Part shown: positions 51,045-63,559 of the stretch, one piece after another
Layout of the letters: every line of letters begins with the position of its first letter
Position numbering within the stretch: the stretch's first letter is position 1
Origin: Takakia lepidozioides
Taxonomy: Eukaryota; Plantae; Bryophyta
Reading direction: 5' to 3'
Assembly: GCA_030704615.1 (NCBI GenBank)
Contig: CM060731.1
Span: forward strand, 49,476,001-49,540,000
Length of the DNA: 64,000 nt
The notes under the pieces: model-generated
Told to the model about the DNA's origin: nothing
What the model saw: the letters and a program-made list of their open reading frames with translations, nothing else
The model's database searches: none
Position numbers and translations under genes: made by a program

Positions 51045-52380
51045 TTGAAGGACTTGGGAGCACTGAAGGGTCAAGAGATCCGTATTGAGTTGGCCACTGA
51101 CACGCCAATCTTTCGGAGACCCTATAGATACAGTGACATGGAGAGGTCTTTGATTCAGATGAGGACTCAAGATCTCTGGGAGGCAGGTTTGGTGGAGCTC
51201 TCTGGTGGAGAGTATGCTTCAGCCACAGTGATGCCAGCTAAGAAGGATGTCTATGGCAATTGGACGGAGAGACGTATGTGCGGTGATTACCGGCCTGTAA
51301 ATCGTCAGACCAAGTCCGATAGGTATGCCATGCCAACACCAAAAGAGATCTTTGATGCCATTGGGCATTCCAAGGTCTTTAGCACGTTGGATTTACGATC
51401 CGGATATCACCAGTTGCCGATCAAGGAGGCGGATAAGCAAAAGACGGCATTCTGGGGGATCAATGAGCACGGGAAGGATTGCCTATACCAGTGGCGGTTC
51501 TTACCATTTGGGCTTAAAAACGCTCCCGCTGAGTTTCAAAGAGTCATGGACATGATTCTAGCAGGGGTGGAGTTTGCTCGGTGCTACATAGAGATGACAT
51601 CATCATCTTTAGTGCTACGGTGGAGGAGCATGAGAGACACCTTCAGGGGGTATTTGAGCGCTTAAGGACACACGGATTGAAGTTACATCCGGGCAAGTGC
51701 AAGTTTTTCCACAACCAGATTGAGTATCTGGGTCACATGATATATCCTGGAGGATTGGGGTACAGCAGACTAAGGTAGAGTCCATTGCACAGGTTCCACG
51801 CCCCACGGATGTGAGCCGAGTTCGAGCTTTCATGGGGTTAGCAAACTATTACAGACGGTTTGTTAAGGGATTCAGTGCCATTGCAAAGGCTCTAACCAAG
51901 CTGACCAAGGTGGACCAGGAGTGGCAGTGGGAAGATGAGCAAGAACAAGCTTTTCAAGAGCTCAAGGCGAGGTTGACCTCGGCGCCCATCTTGAGACGAC
52001 CTATCAGGGGGCGTCCTTTTCAGCTGCATACAGATTGGAGCATGCTGGGGCTTGGAGCGGTGCTCACACAGGTGGATGATGAGGGAAGAGAGTTCGTAGT
52101 GGCTTATGCTAGCCGCTCGAACAATGCTTGCAGAGTCTAAGTATAGCTCATATGAGGGAGAATGCTTAGCTGCAGTGTGGGCCGTGGCACACTTCAGGTG
52201 CTATCTATGCAATCTCTTCACCCTTGTCACGGATCACCAACCACTCAAGTGGTTGATGGAGTCAGACAAGCTTACGGGGAAGCTTGCACGGTGGGCACTC
52301 ATCCTTCAAGAGTATGACTTCCAGGTGGTGCATCGACCGGGTTTGGTCAATCGCAATGCAGATGGGTTGAGTCGCAATCC
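51045..52380 (+). pseudogene. Reverse transcriptase and RNase H
   Basis: RMCGDYRPVN, LDLRSGYHQ, LPFGLKNAP, YI(shift)DD, HTDWS, AYASR, VTDHQPL, NADGLSR. Confidence 0.95.
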
Positions 52381-52759
52381 ATGCACGAGCCAGCAGGATG
52401 ACACTGGAGCTCGGTGGCATGGTGAGACGGACGAGGAGATGGTGCCCGGATGGCATGCATCTGCATTTCTGTGTATCTTGGCAGCGGAAGGCCAGGTTGG
52501 ACCTGCAACAGGGATGACTGTAGATCAAGTGTCTGAGGACCCTGAGGCCAGCAATGAGCAAGGTGGCGCCAAAGATATACATGAGGATTCAGTTGTGTTG
52601 GACTACCTCCGCACTGGAGACACGGCAGCCACTGTGACTGCCAAGGAGAGGGATCGGATCCTACAACGAGCCAAGAGGTTCAAGTGGGAGGGGACACACC
52701 TGCTCCGAGTGTGGGAGGATGGTCGAGTGAGGATTGTGCCTCACCCAACACAGCGGGCA

Positions 52760-54029
52760 CGGTTAGTGCGCCATGCCCATGAGGAGTTGGGGCATTTTGG
52801 GGTGCGACCGCACTCATAGTCTACTGCAGGGGCAGTATTGGTGGCGTGGTATGCACACAGAGGTGCAACAATTTGTGGCTAGGTGCATGGTGTGTGACAG
52901 GGTGCGTGCTTCATTCAACGCCCCTACTCCACAATTGCACCCTCTTCCGATCATGGGATTGGGCTACAGGTGGAGTCTTGACTTCGCAGGGCCGTTGCCA
53001 CTGACCATGCGCCACAACAAGTACGTGTTGGTGATGGTGGAGCACTTCTCCAAGTGGATTGAATTGGTTCCATTGCCTGATAAGGCTAGTGAGGGAGCTG
53101 CGTATGCATTCTGGATTGTGTGCTTAGCCGATTCGGTGCTCCAGCTGAGGTACTCACGGACCAAGGGAGAGAGTTCTTGGGGGAGTTTCAGGCTTTGTGT
53201 GACAAGGCCTTGATAGACCACCGCACCACTTCTCGGGATCATCCTGAGGCCGATGGCTTGGCAGAGAGAGTTGTTCAGACAGTAAAGAGGGGTTTGCGCA
53301 GTATGGCTTGCAGAAGGGACACCTAGGAGATTGGGACCTTCAGTTACCCTGGTTAGCCATGGGCTACAGGTTCAGCAAGCAAGCATCACTTGCCTCCTTC
53401 TCACCATACTTTTCTTCTCTTTGGCCGAGAGCCGATTTGCCTACATCCATTCGCAGAGAAGCTGCTACAGTTCTTAACCTTGACGATCCGGACGTGGGGC
53501 ACGTGCATGTGAGCAGCGTGCAGAGTTGTTCAAGAGAGTCATGCCCATGGCTTTCGAGAAGCCTGGCTTTTCGAGAACCTTGCCATTGCACAACACCGTG
53601 ATCCGTTGAGTTATGCTACCATACGTGGTGGGGGCTACGTCCTGGGGTTCGGAAGATTCAACCCTGGTGACTATGTCTATCTGCAGCAACTGCTCCTACG
53701 ACCCTGGATGTGACTGCAGGACATGTTATTTTGAGGGTTCGAGAGGTCTTGCCCTCAGGCGTCTTGGTCTTGGAGGGTCGGGATGGCATACTTGGAAGGA
53801 CCATGTGCGTAATTGTGCGCCATGTCACCTTCCGAATGTCGATGGCAGGATTGACCCAAACCGGGCAGTGGTATCTGCAGGTTTGAGGTGCATGTTGTGT
53901 GGGTTTGCTAAAGGGGCAGCCACCTGCTGTGTCGATCGATGCTCTGAGGGTTGGCATATGGGATGCTTGACTCCACCTCTTGAGATGGTTCCAGATGGGG
54001 ATTGGTTATGTCCACATTGCATTGGATAG
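52760..54029 (+). pseudogene. Integrase with C-terminal PHD finger
   Basis: H..LGH..C..C, LDFAGPL, LTDQGREF, GLAERVV; CMLC..C..WHMGCLTPPL..VP.GDWLCPHC. Confidence 0.9.
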
Positions 54030-54829
54030 TGGGAGTGGATACAACCATGGAAGGCTAACAAGCAACGCAAGGCCCAGCTACTAGGAGACCTTGAACACAC
54101 GAGATCCTGGCTCAAGTTCACAGATTGCAAGACGGCGACTAACGATGGGGCTACTCTTGTACCCGGCCCCTTGGTCTATAGAGTTTGAGTACAATAGGGA
54201 CAGTGATAGAGGACTTGTACGGCTGTGGCTATTACATCTTGTAGCTATCTGGAGGTAGAGGGACCTATCCACCGCTAGGGGGGCGATTGTGCAGACTTAC
54301 TTTATTGTGCATATATGTGTGGTGTGTTTGGACAGCGATGTAATTGTGTAGCGATATGTATGCTCACGACAGCTGTCAAGTTAAATAAGCACAGTGTGAA
54401 AACAACTAGAATAAAACTAGTTATTTGTATTTAACACTTGGATTTAGGTCAAGTGTTAAATCAGGTGTCAAGTTTAGTTTGACACCTGGTCCGTGTTATC
54501 TTCACGAGAGCGGCAGTCGCGCGGGTCATCTTTCTCGAGTTGAGCCTGCGCGACCGAGCTCCTTCATGCGTTTAGATTTGAGTGTGCTTATGATGGGAGT
54601 GTAGGTTGTTGTGGGGTGGAGTCCCCATAGCTTGGGGTGCCCCTGGCTCGACTTTTGTTTTAAAGAGTGATAGCGATGGATTCATGTTGTTTCTGGTGTG
54701 AGCAGTGTGTTTTCTAGTTTTCTTATCACTTATTGTGACAGATTACTTTATTGTGCATATATGTGTGGTGTGGTTTGGACAGCGATGTAGTTGTGTAGCG
54801 ATATGTATGCGCACGACAATAACAAAATT

Positions 54830-56174
54830 TGTACAACACAAGTTTTTGCAATCGGATTCCGAGCTAGCTAAGCCGGGCTAAGCATGCATTTCCTCCCCCA
54901 CGATCCAAGGTTGATGTCTCCATCAACGCTTCTTCCGCTTTTGAGGTCGCCCTTCGAAAGCTACAACCGCCTCGGATGCGTTTCCTATTTTTGAGGCACG
55001 CACCCAAGATGCCTCCACATGATGATAGCCCTTCCATTTCACGAGATATTCCGTTTCTCAATTCTTGAACCTCCTCGACTTAAGCACTGCCTCCACCTCG
55101 TACTCAGGTTCATTTTCATGATCCAACAGCACAGGTGGCGGACGCAATACTTGATGCCGATTCGGACGCGCTTCATCTTTGAAGTAAGGCTTCAAAAAGG
55201 AGACGTGGAATACCGGATGCACCTTGCTATTTGCCGGCAGCTCCAATTCATACACATCCTCATTCATAACCTTCCGGATGCGAAAGGGTCCCGCATATGG
55301 AGGTACAAACTTCGGACTCACTTCCGGAGGTAGTCGGAAATTCTTGATGTTCAACCAGACCTCCGTGCTTGCCTCAAACTTAACTTCCCTCCGCTTCCGA
55401 TTCGTCTACCGTTCATACCGTTTCCTAGCTTTGACAATGTTGTACTTTGCGAGCTTCAACAAACGCTCGCGTTCTTCCAGCACCGCTGCTGCTGCCGATT
55501 CCTCAACGTCTTAGGCGGCCCAACTTGTCGGCACCAAAGGTGTTTTTCCATAGACCAATACGAAAGGGGAAACTCCCGATGCGGAGTATTTTGTGTTATT
55601 ATAACAGAACTCTGCCGCATCCAAGTGCTCCACCCAGTCCGATTTGTCTGTCGACACGTAATTCCGCAAGATCTGTTTCACCACGGAATTCACCCTTTCC
55701 ATTTGGCCGTTCGTCGTAGGTCGGAAAGCGGTGCTCATCTTGAGCTTCGTCCCCATTTTCTTCCAAAGTGCCCTCCAAAATTTACTTGTAAACTTTGGAT
55801 CGCAGTCCGAGACAATATCCTTCGGGAGTCCATGATGCTTGAAGACGTGGGCGAAGTAAAGTCGTTCCGCCTCCTGCGCCGTTGTTGTCTCCTTGGTGGG
55901 GATGAAATGACCCATTTTACGGAACCTATCCACCACCACCATGATTGCATCAAATCCTTTTGACAGCGGTATAGCAGTCATGAAATCCATCGAGACACTT
56001 TCCCAAGACCCCTCTGGAATAGGCAAGGGTTGTAACAGCCCCGCTTGCTTTTTGTACTCACTCCGGTTTTTTTGGCATGTGGTGCATGTCTTGACATACT
56101 CCTCGGGCTACTCCCTCAATTTGGCCCAGAAATACTATTTCTTTAGGAGTGTCGCGGTGCGCTTGGCTCCGCGC
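54830..56174 (-). mobile_element. Chromoviral Ty3/gypsy integrase plus chromodomain fragment
   Basis: WESVSMDF, DCDPKFTSKFW, GQMERVN, GPF, HPVFHVSFLK, EYEVEAVL..EYLVKWKGY; purine tract near 54891-54899. Confidence 0.9.
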
Positions 56175-56760
56175 TGTCAAGTTATTTTACCACTAGTGTG
56201 AAGTTAGCTAGGAAATAGCTAGCTTTTATATATTGACATTTGGGATTGACCCAAGTGTCAATCCAGGGGCCAATACGTGTTTGGGCACCTGACGTTGTTA
56301 TCTTCACGGCAGATCGCGGTGGGCTCATCTTTCTCGAGTTGAGCCTCACTGCATCTAGCTATGGCGCCGTAGTGTGGATTCCCCATGGCGTGGGTGCACT
56401 TGGCTTGACTTAATATATGAGTGATGTTTTCATGTGCAAGTATGTGAGTTTGAGAGAGCTTGTGTGCTTGTATCATTCATTTCCTTATCACTCGAGAAAG
56501 ATCAGTTCGAGTCTGTGAGTGCCAGGTTCGAGTTAGTTGTAGCACTTGTGTTTTCAGATCATGAGAAGCGGTTCAGCCTAGAGTGCAGGGAGCCGTGCAT
56601 GAGCCTATCCAAAACGGATAGAGTGCAAAGGCGAACAAGTTGCAGGTTTGCCATGGATAGAGAGGCGGGTAGCCTATGTTGAAGAGCGGCGTTGCATAGC
56701 TCAACGCTATGGCAACCAAGTTTGGGCTTCTAGTGTGAAGCGGAGGAGAGTGTCACCTGT
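56175..56760 (+). mobile_element. 5' end of a relative of the 43146 element
   Basis: Starts TGTCAAGTTA, contains atctttctcgagt and CTTATCA|CTCGAGAAAGAT. Confidence 0.75.
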
Positions 56761-57135
56761 AGGGTTGAAAGTTTTGCACCATTAAAGCAAATATTCCCTT
56801 GAGTGGCTCAGAGCTAAGATCTCAATACACTTTGAACATTCTGCTTAAATCTACCTTGATGCACCAGACAAATGGAGATAAGCTCCACTGTTGCAGTCAC
56901 AATTAAATTGAACTTGGGTTCAATTATGTATGTACTGTATCAAATATTTCCCAGTTATCAATCTGAGAGACAGCTTCTTGCAATGACTTAGTTCAAAGAT
57001 AAATCTATCATCTACTTGCGGTTATGGGTACAATACCAAGCAAGAATACAACACAATTACATTGCCTCTTCACAACTTCGTAGATGGAAGAGCACACAGA
57101 GATGGACGGCACTTTCCTACATAAGAAGATTAAGG

Positions 57136-58779
57136 TTAGATATCAGATACAGGAGCCTCGGAGGTTAGCTTCAGAAACATGAGGCCCATCAATCCAGTAT
57201 GCGGACCCCCGACCTTGCTATATTTTACTTGAAACCGAAGGAGCTCACCCTTGCCTATCTTCATCGTCGAACTCCCCAAAGACGGGTAACAGACAACATT
57301 TCCAACGACGTATCCCTCCTCATTCCCTGCGGTGGAGCCACTGCCGTAAATGGGAGGAGAGTTGCAAATAACCCGCCCATCTTCTCCGTAGAGAGTTGCA
57401 TTGAGGCTTGTAGCATGGAGGTGAGATACAGCATGGATGATTTCGGCTCCATCAGGAAACAAGTCTTGAAACACCGTTTCTCGTGTGTCCACACATTCGT
57501 CTAAGAGTAGTGCGTTCTCACTGACGTTGCATCCCTCTATATCAAATTCTGTCTTCCCTCCATCTCCATCGTCGGTCACATCAAGCTCTTCTTGCTTCAA
57601 AGGCACTATGCAGTCATCCCAGGTTACGTATTCCCAGGTATACTGCAAAATAAACATCCAGCAGTGGTGCAGGCATTAACAAATTATCAACTCAGTTAGT
57701 GACATCTAGACAACCTAACTCTCAGAAGGACGCCAGTACAGGACAAAATTTGAAGTACCAGTACGGTGAGATGATTACCTGCAAGTATATGGTCCTCTCC
57801 AATTTCTCTGCATTGAAACCTTCCTTCAAAACGCAGCGAGATTCATCAACACAGCACATGAGACCCCCAAGATAATTCTCCGGCAAGGAACTACGTGCGC
57901 TATCCCATTCTCGCTGGTGAACAGATCACATCTGCATTTCCCATCTGTTGGATTACACCCGAGCCTTCATGGGGAGCATTGATGCTTCATATGAAAAAAT
58001 TCGTCAGGATTAAAGCAGTCAAAGGTAGCTAAGAACTGACGGGGTATATGCACAGAATGCAAGAAGTAAATTTAGGCCTTTAGAACTCTGCGCCCACATT
58101 TACAATCCACTCCGACTATGGAAAAGAATCATGTTGAGCTGTGGCTCGGTACAAACCTGCATTCAGTGCACCCCATTCTGTCTAGAGCGCCCCTCGTGTC
58201 GATACCATGCACGTTTAGGATCCACTCAGATCTATGACCAGCCGGAGGGTTACCTCCCTCCAGTCCGTATGGAGCAGGAATCTTCGATATCAGACGCCGG
58301 GTCTCTGCACCCTCCGCCCAATATTGAAGCACCCCCGGCTTCGCCTTGCGGCCGAGCTTTCCATCGACAGAGGTTCCAACGCTTGAAGCCGTTGAGTACA
58401 CGGCATGACCCGGCTCCCTCTCCACCATCTCTTTGAATTCCTTGTCTGTGAGGACATCATCCTCAGCCCTGCTATGCTCCTTCAAAACCCAGTGATGGAG
58501 ATACACATCGTAAAGTGGCACAGATTCACCATTCTCGTACACAAGCTCTGCAGTGAAGTCCCGAGTGGCGAATCGACCAGGGGGCGCCTCCACCGTGAAA
58601 AATTTGTTTTTCACGTCCCCAGGACGGAACACGATGGGCGGAGACCTGAAGGTGACGCTCTTGCTCGCTTCACGCAGAGACGGGCAATCTACTCGACTGT
58701 TTTGAACATTGTGAACACCGCTTGTCACAGCACCCAAGCAGAGCAGGGCTAGCGCCACGACAAGGCCTTCAAAGGTCAT
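57136..58779 (-). CDS. Stress up-regulated Nod19 (SURNod19) protein; exons 58779-58157, 57931-57779, 57642-57136; 1-nt frameshift in exon 2
   Basis: Signal peptide, YLHHWV, G.ETR, HGIDTRG..GCTECRC, YLGGLMCC, AVSHLH, ICNS.P.YG.G..AGNE.GYVVG, HTGLMGL. Confidence 0.85.
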
Positions 58780-59350
58780 GGCTGCCTGATCAGTGCGCAG
58801 CTAAGCTGATCTCAGGAAACACAAACGGATTCCCACACTTCACTCTACCATTCTGAAGAGCTGCCTTCTCTTCTTATACGGAGCAGAAATCAGCTTTCCA
58901 TTTTTCGTTATGTATTTCATGTATGAAGATCTTATGACAACGCTGCAGGCTTGGTTCACGTACTAAGTAAATATGACATGAAGGATAGCGCACTGCCCTG
59001 ACGTAATACTTGTTTTTACCGTTTTTTGCTTGTGTTGTGCACTGCGATGAGCTCATGCGCAGTGAAGGTCACTGAGCAACTCCCTGGAAAGTCCCGCGGC
59101 AACTCCCACGAAAGTGTGTAGGGATCCAACACTTCTAGACTGTAAGCCCGGAATTGTTTTTTTTTTTAAATAGAAGGAAACGGTGCACAAACTCTATGAG
59201 CACAAATAAGTACCCAACATCAGCTGCGGGAATTTTGAAGGTTAGAAAAAGAGAGGTGATTGGAGAGACCAATAGGGATGCAGGAAAGGGTGCAGTAAAG
59301 CGAAACAGGAGGCCGACGGGATGAAGAAGTGTGTCCAGCCACGTCCAGAC

Positions 59351-59653
59351 CAGTGTTGTGCGGATATTTGATTCAGCCTCAAACCCAGATCCCAACCCGG
59401 ACATATGTATGTGGATCTGCCGGAGGTCAAAAAATCAAATATCCGCTTCCGTTAAGAACTGCCGTGTGAAGAGATGGGATAACCCGATCTGGTTGAGAAC
59501 CGGTGGTTTTGCATGTTTTTCTTAATTTGTTTGAACCGGAACTAGCGGGATATTAAAAACAGGAAAGCTCCAAAAGCTCGGAACCTGAGAATGTGAACAG
59601 AAAGTTAAAGTAAAATCTGATATTAAAAAAAATCAAATAACCGCACAACACTG
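59351..59653. mobile_element. hAT MITE, 303 bp
   Basis: 23-bp TIRs starting CAGTGTTG (one mismatch); perfect 8-bp TSD GTCCAGAC. Confidence 0.92.
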
Positions 59654-59679
59654 GTCCAGACGCCAACTGCGGGACTGTG

Positions 59680-59745
59680 CACACGTGGTGCGAACCAGGC
59701 TTGTAGAAGGCGAGCTGGGCCCGCTGCCCTGAGAGGGTATAAAAG
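59680..59745 (+). promoter_or_regulatory. G-box/ABRE and TATA box of the DLH-like gene
   Basis: acacgtgg at ~59681; tataaaa at ~59738. Confidence 0.5.
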
Positions 59746-59922
59746 GGCAGGTCTCGGCCTTTCCCACTCCATCTCACTTCCTACTACAAACTAATCCACA
59801 CCCAAGGCCTCCACTAGAAAGCAAAACTATATAGAGCAGGTACGATAGGAAAATCGTAAACTAGCTCAAGAGCGAGAGCCACGGAGGGGAGCTTTGCAGA
59901 TTGAGACATTTGAGAGGGCAGC

Positions 59923-62246
59923 ATGGCTACCGAGGCGTGCTGCACACCCGCGCCTCCAGCGGAGGAAATCTCTGTGGGGAAAGAGGACACCATAGCCGGG
60001 CTCCCTGTGTACATCACTGGTTCGGCGTCTTCCTCGGCTGCTGTGATCCTCGTCACCGACGTTTTCGGTACGTGAAATTTTGTTCCTCCGTTATGTTGAG
60101 CTGATACGCCACCCTTCTCTGTCTTTAGAAATCTCACATTTTACCCCTCCGTTTCCGTCGCTGGAGCGTTTGTTGTATGGTGTGGATTCTCTTATCATTA
60201 TGTGATAGGTGTGCGCATTCTACAGTACACAGCCGAACCAGCTCTCCGTAGGAAATGCTCAATGCTAGCCAGTAAGCATTGGTGGCATGGTGCATGAGTC
60301 AGGTAGTTCCCATAGTACAGCCAGGCCCAGGATCAGAACACCTGAAATTAACATGTTCCTCTTAGCGCCAAAGCTGGAATCTGCACTATGGTGCACTTGA
60401 CTGGGATAATCTACCAGCTGCTCTATAACGGAATTCTGGAACCTCCTTTGGGGTACCTAGTGTACAGAAAACGCCGAGCTTGAGTGCTAACTGTGATTAT
60501 TGGTTAAATCACGAATTCTCCAAATATTAGACTCCACTACGTACAGACAGAAGTTTCCACACTTCAGTAGGGCTTCACAGGTTGCACGTTAATCACATGG
60601 ACTGAGTCAGTCTAAATGGGCCAAATCTCTTTGTACCTCGTTTGAAAGTACTGAACTTGCCATTCTCAGGTGATTTGATAGCAGTTATATCAGATTTATT
60701 GAAGGTGAGAAATGCGAAATGAAAATGAGGCTAAAGTGATCCTGGAGAGCACACCAGGTTCTTGAATATGAGCATGTGTACTAACATGGTCCTTTTTTCG
60801 CTGCTCTGTTGGTTGCCTATGTACAGGATATAAGGCACCTCTTATGAGGTGACTCTCTCTATGCCTTTTCTCTATATTGTGTCCAGATGTGTCCCAGTAT
60901 AGAGCTACTATGTCAGTGGTAGAATGGAAGTCGGGCCTTGTACTACAGTATCTACTCAAGTCCTACATCATCCGTCATGTCGACTATCAGATTGTGTTCC
61001 ATACAGGTTTATTACTCCAGGACGGGCTCATGAAGGGCCAGTATCCCCTGGGACTGTTCCCTCGAACTCATCATAGCCTCTGTTCTAGGCATCTTTTAAG
61101 AATGAGCATGGCTGTCTCTGCACCAGTTGTGCTCGATTAGGCTTTGGAAGGGTTACTCTCTCTTTCTATCTTTAGTCTAGCTGAAAATATCAGACATCTC
61201 TTGGGGCTCCATTGGCAGAAGGCAGTGTGTCGGTGGGATATGGCTTACAGCTAGTTGTAATGCATATGACAGGAAACTGGCGGACAAAGTGGCGGACAAG
61301 GGCTACCTGGTGATCGTCCCAAACTTTTTTGGTGAAGATTTTTGGACACCTGAAGTTGGGAAGGCATGGCTCGCAAATCACATGCCGGTCTCTATCTCTC
61401 TCTCTCTTTCTCCCTCAACCCGGGTATCAATAATGGGTATCAACTTGGTATCGCAGAACCTACCAGTCGAGTAGGTCGTGGAGGCAATACCTAGGTTCGA
61501 CCCGAGTCATCTTAATATCACTCCAGGCTCTACCATGTTGATACTGAGAACCGGCTTTGCATTCTTCCTGCGATACCAGTATTGAGACACAGATTGCCCC
61601 AAAAAAATTGGTGAATCCTGGGTAGGGTTTTTCACAGTATGAGGGATGGTGGTGGCTCCATAGAAGATCAGATTTAGGCATTTCTACTAATCAGATTAGC
61701 ATACACACACCGACACACACGTAGACCTCATCAGGATCATCAAGAATGTTGTTCCTGCACCGTTGTTCACAAACTGTCAAAAACTTAAGGCTGAGCCTAA
61801 AGCCGTGGCCCTGTTAGACCAGCTCACACACAGCAGATTGATGCTTGTGTGAAGGGATGTCTAGAGGAAATCTGGAAACCCCAACCCAATTGATCATATC
61901 AAGGTAAGTCCCACTACTGGAGTTAGCTCCTCACAAAGGCAGTGTAACTCATCTATGGCCACAAGGCCACGGCAAACAACGTCTCCAACATCTGAAAGGA
62001 GAACATGGAACGTGCACCAGTGAAGACATGATGAGCTGGAGAGCTTTGCAACCAGATGAGTAGCAAGCAGGGGCTGTAGCCTAGATTGGATGGTGTAGGA
62101 TACTCCTTTACAGTGAGGATGTGGTTTTTTAACGGCCTGTGTGATGGTGATGCAGTCGGAATCAGTAGGTGCTGCAAAGCAGTGTGTGGAGGAAATTAAG
62201 GCCAAAGGAATAAGCTCCATTGGTGTAGCAGGCTTCTGTTGGGGAG
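59923..62246 (+). CDS. Dienelactone hydrolase family (endo-1,3;1,4-beta-glucanase-like), 5' part; exons 59923-60067, 60827-60848, 61273-61387, 62156-62246
   Basis: ACCTP..AVILVTDVFG|YKAPLMR|KLADKVA..GYLVIVP..|IGVAGFCWG; later exons not seen in the window. Confidence 0.85.
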
Positions 62247-62750
62247 GTATTCCTTTTTAGCTGTTCTGATTGTTTTTCTTTCAAGCATTACTACTACTGT
62301 CATCTTTTGCTGGATACGCTCAACATTATCTGGTCCTGTCCCTTTCCCAAAATTGCTTTCGTAACGTCCATGATATATAAACTAAAACAATTTGCTCTCA
62401 GGCTGTCCACATTTGGATCTGTCTTGGTTGATATATCTCTACTGTTTGTGCAGCAAAAGTTGCAGTTCTTCTTGGAAAGGAGGAGATTATTCAAGCGGTT
62501 GTGCAGCTACATCCCTCCGGGATTGAAACTACAGACTATGAAGGCCAGTCCCATTTCTGTATTCTGTGATATGTTATGGTTGTATTTTGTGTTCACTTGC
62601 CAGGTATTTTTCTGGATGCTTGTAATCTTCAGTTGAGGCTTGTTTAACACCTTTTTTTCTGGAAGCACGGAGTATGACTTCAAGCATTTTCTAGATAATT
62701 TGATTATATTTCTTGCAATGGACTTCTCACATTATCTACCTATATTGCAG

Positions 62751-63494
62751 GATGAGCTGTGTGATGTTGTTCTCCTTGTATTTGCCAACAAGAAAGATTT
62801 GCCAAATGCAATGAATGCTGCAGAGATCACTGACAAGCTTGGACTGCACTCATTGCGTCAACGCCACTGGTAATTGTCTTTGTCTCTCATCCCTGGCTCT
62901 GCAGAATGGTAGTAGTGTGCCACTTCATCCCTTGCTATTTGGTGGTTCGTGGAGATATCCTGTTCTGAATGCCCAACCCCCCCCCCCCCCCCCCCCGCCT
63001 TGTCCCCAAATATTTTAGTAAGGCAGGGCCTGTGACATGAATTGAGACCATTGGAGTTAAAGCAAGGAAATAGTCTGTTCATATAAACTTACAGTGAAAA
63101 TCAATATAATAGTGAAGAGTACTTTTTAATGGATTGCAACTGGATGTGAAAATACATCTTTTTGTAAGGAGGGTGATTGTTCACTTGCCTTTCGTGTTCC
63201 AGGATGTAGAGGTTGCTTGGTGCATGCGACAAACTTTTTGGTAGCCATCGTGAATGCGTTGTTGGCATGTGAAAAGAGAGGAACATTCTGGGATAGAAGA
63301 AACAGTTAGACCATGACATTTAACGAACACTGCTGATACTATTATAGATTTAATAAACCTATCTTCAGTTTGCTCTGAATACAGACACTCCTTTCTTGTG
63401 GAACTGCAACAAGTACATTCAAAGCACATGTGCTACATCTAGAGAGGGATTATATGAAGGTCTTGACTGGCTCTCAAGCAACATTGCCAATAAG
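62751..63494 (+). pseudogene. ARF: ADP-ribosylation factor 3' exons (62751-62869, 63413-63494)
   Basis: [33 protein letters not shown] / [24 protein letters not shown]; no 5' exons. Confidence 0.85.
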
Positions 63495-63559
63495 GTAAGG
63501 TGTAAAGTTATGTGTATCAAGACTAACTCTGTTATCTAAGCTTTAACTTCCGCAAGCAT

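Larger units (their letters stand above)
43146..54818 (+). mobile_element. Decayed Ty3/gypsy retrotransposon with DNMT, PHD and GIY-YIG and split terminal repeats (A1 43146-43280; B1 54288-54371; A2 54374-54728; B2 54734-54818)
   Basis: TGTC...GACA termini with ATAA on both sides; gag-PR-DNMT-RT-RH-IN-PHD order; purine tract at 54277-54283. Confidence 0.85.

Noticed and set aside
43146-54818. DIRS/Ngaro tyrosine-recombinase element
   Set aside because: It has an aspartic protease, a DDE integrase and a PPT; no recombinase motifs were seen.
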